From: an uncultured Halobacteriovorax sp.
GTDB lineage: Bacteria; Bdellovibrionota; Bacteriovoracia; Bacteriovoracales; Bacteriovoracaceae
Assembly (NCBI GenBank): GCA_963972815.1
Contig: CAXAXS010000007.1
Span: 11,675-75,674 of the forward strand
Reading direction: 5' to 3'
DNA length: 64,000 bases
Under the pieces are notes generated by a model. That model made no database searches and was not told the origin of the DNA. It was given only the letters and a program-made list of their open reading frames with translations. A program made the translations under genes and the position numbers. Below are positions 63,229-64,000 of this stretch, piece after piece; position 1 is the first letter of the stretch, and each line of letters begins with the position of its first letter.

Positions 63229-64000
63229 CTAAATATTCAGTGATTTCCACTGTAATTTAAGCTTTTTCTTGAGTTTGAGTTTGACCATGCGCGACCAAGG
63301 AAGAAGCACGACGTTAGAACTTTCACTACCAGGAACTAATGGATGAGATTTCAAGCCTTGTTTAGATAGCCATTTCGGAGCATTCCAAACCGCGACTAAC
63401 GGCTGATGATTTTCGAGAGTAGATAAATCACACAACCTCGGAATCTGAGAAGTTATATGCCATATTTTATTTAAGCGCTGCTCGCCGGCCCTGGTAGTCA
63501 GAATTATTTGACCAGAAAAAGTCCAGGCTTTCACGCCACCACTTAGATTATGCGGGCCTTTTCGACCGGCCTTAAGTGAATTGATCATTTTAACAAGTTC
63601 ACCACTACTGCTGCTTCGACCTTGAGTGCAAAGCTTATAGTATTCCTCACGCACGAGCGGCATGGCCTGATCGAGATCTTCGCCAAAGATAACCGTGACT
63701 CCACTGCTGCGTTTGATGGTCACTGCATTTTTTTTAAAGACACTCACACCAAGCTTGTGTGCCAATTCATTCGAGCGATTCACATAATGCTTGAGATAAT
63801 TTGGGTAGCGGCCAGCAAATTCCGTGTTAATCACACGACGCAAATGATTGCGAGCAAAGCGCTCATCCTGATTACTGGCGTCTTCAAAGGCCCAAAGCCC
63901 AAGCGCTTGATGGATGGAATTAATTTGCGCCCGAGATAAACACATAAAGGGTCTGACTTTGCGCCCGTTAATCACTGGAATCCCCAGTGACGGCCTTAGT
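63229..64000 (-). CDS. tilS: tRNA(Ile)-lysidine synthetase, 5'-truncated by the window edge
   Basis: The reading frame stays open from 63975 to the window end (…LRPSLGIPVINGRKVRPFM...). RPF...R..I......L.W.EDASNQDERFARNHLR matches the TilS central region. The PP-loop N-terminus would lie beyond 64000. The conserved tilS-ftsH neighbourhood supports the call. Confidence 0.7.
   Translation of the reverse strand, partial: LRPSLGIPVINGRKVRPFMCLSRAQINSIHQALGLWAFEDASNQDERFARNHLRRVINTEFAGRYPNYLKHYVNRSNELAHKLGVSVFKKNAVTIKRSSGVTVIFGEDLDQAMPLVREEYYKLCTQGRSSSSGELVKMINSLKAGRKGPHNLSGGVKAWTFSGQIILTTRAGEQRLNKIWHITSQIPRLCDLSTLENHQPLVAVWNAPKWLSKQGLKSHPLVPGSESSNVVLLPWSRMVKLKLKKKLKLQWKSLNI

Noticed and set aside
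1-64000. Search by eye for CRISPR arrays, tRNA/rRNA genes, IS elements, integrases, phage or defence-system genes, and long direct repeats
   Set aside because: No intergenic region exceeds about 195 nt. None shows tRNA-like or repeat-spacer structure, and no ORF has transposase, integrase or nuclease hallmarks. A computational repeat and covariance-model scan (tRNAscan/Infernal-type) would be needed to exclude small RNAs.

Overview
This 64-kb window looks like an ordinary chromosomal segment of a low-GC Gram-negative bacterium. The gene content (many secreted S8/S1 proteases, many orphan lipoproteins and outer-membrane-like proteins, a NamZ-like muramidase) resembles Bdellovibrio-like predators, but that is inference only. 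I could support about 66 protein-coding genes. I saw no rRNA, tRNA, CRISPR array, transposase, integrase or phage gene. Recognisable housekeeping content: a lysine-2,3-aminomutase-like radical SAM enzyme next to an OpuC-type osmoprotectant ABC transporter; thyA-folA; the livKHMGF branched-chain amino-acid transporter; class I lysyl-tRNA synthetase; a CHASE-domain hybrid histidine kinase; pepP; a menaquinone block (polyprenyl synthase, ubiE/menG, menF, menD, menA, menC); asnB; a PQQ-type sugar dehydrogenase; and a translationally coupled ftsH-folP-x-x-pyrC string followed by a 5'-truncated tilS at the window edge. The most unusual region is 47.8-54.2 kb. There a divergent LysR regulator heads eight tightly packed same-strand genes: a YHS protein, a di-haem PSCyt-like cytochrome c lipoprotein, YceI, a CxxCH-bearing beta-barrel-like protein, an iodotyrosine-deiodinase-type flavoprotein, a TPMT-family methyltransferase, a LysE exporter and an orphan secreted protein. 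The cluster ends at a terminator. Other items worth a second look: a secreted protein made of three copies of an unrecognised 4-Cys module; a LemA-TPM-TPM operon extended through TAATG junctions by an FHA-like protein and a membrane protein; an S8 protease with a GlyGly-CTERM-like sorting tail inside a three-protease island; a leaderless Ntn acylase embedded among envelope genes; two tiny ORFs appended to the liv operon; and a 52-aa lipoprotein below the ORF-track cutoff. All product calls rest on motifs read by eye and recalled family signatures. No database search was run.
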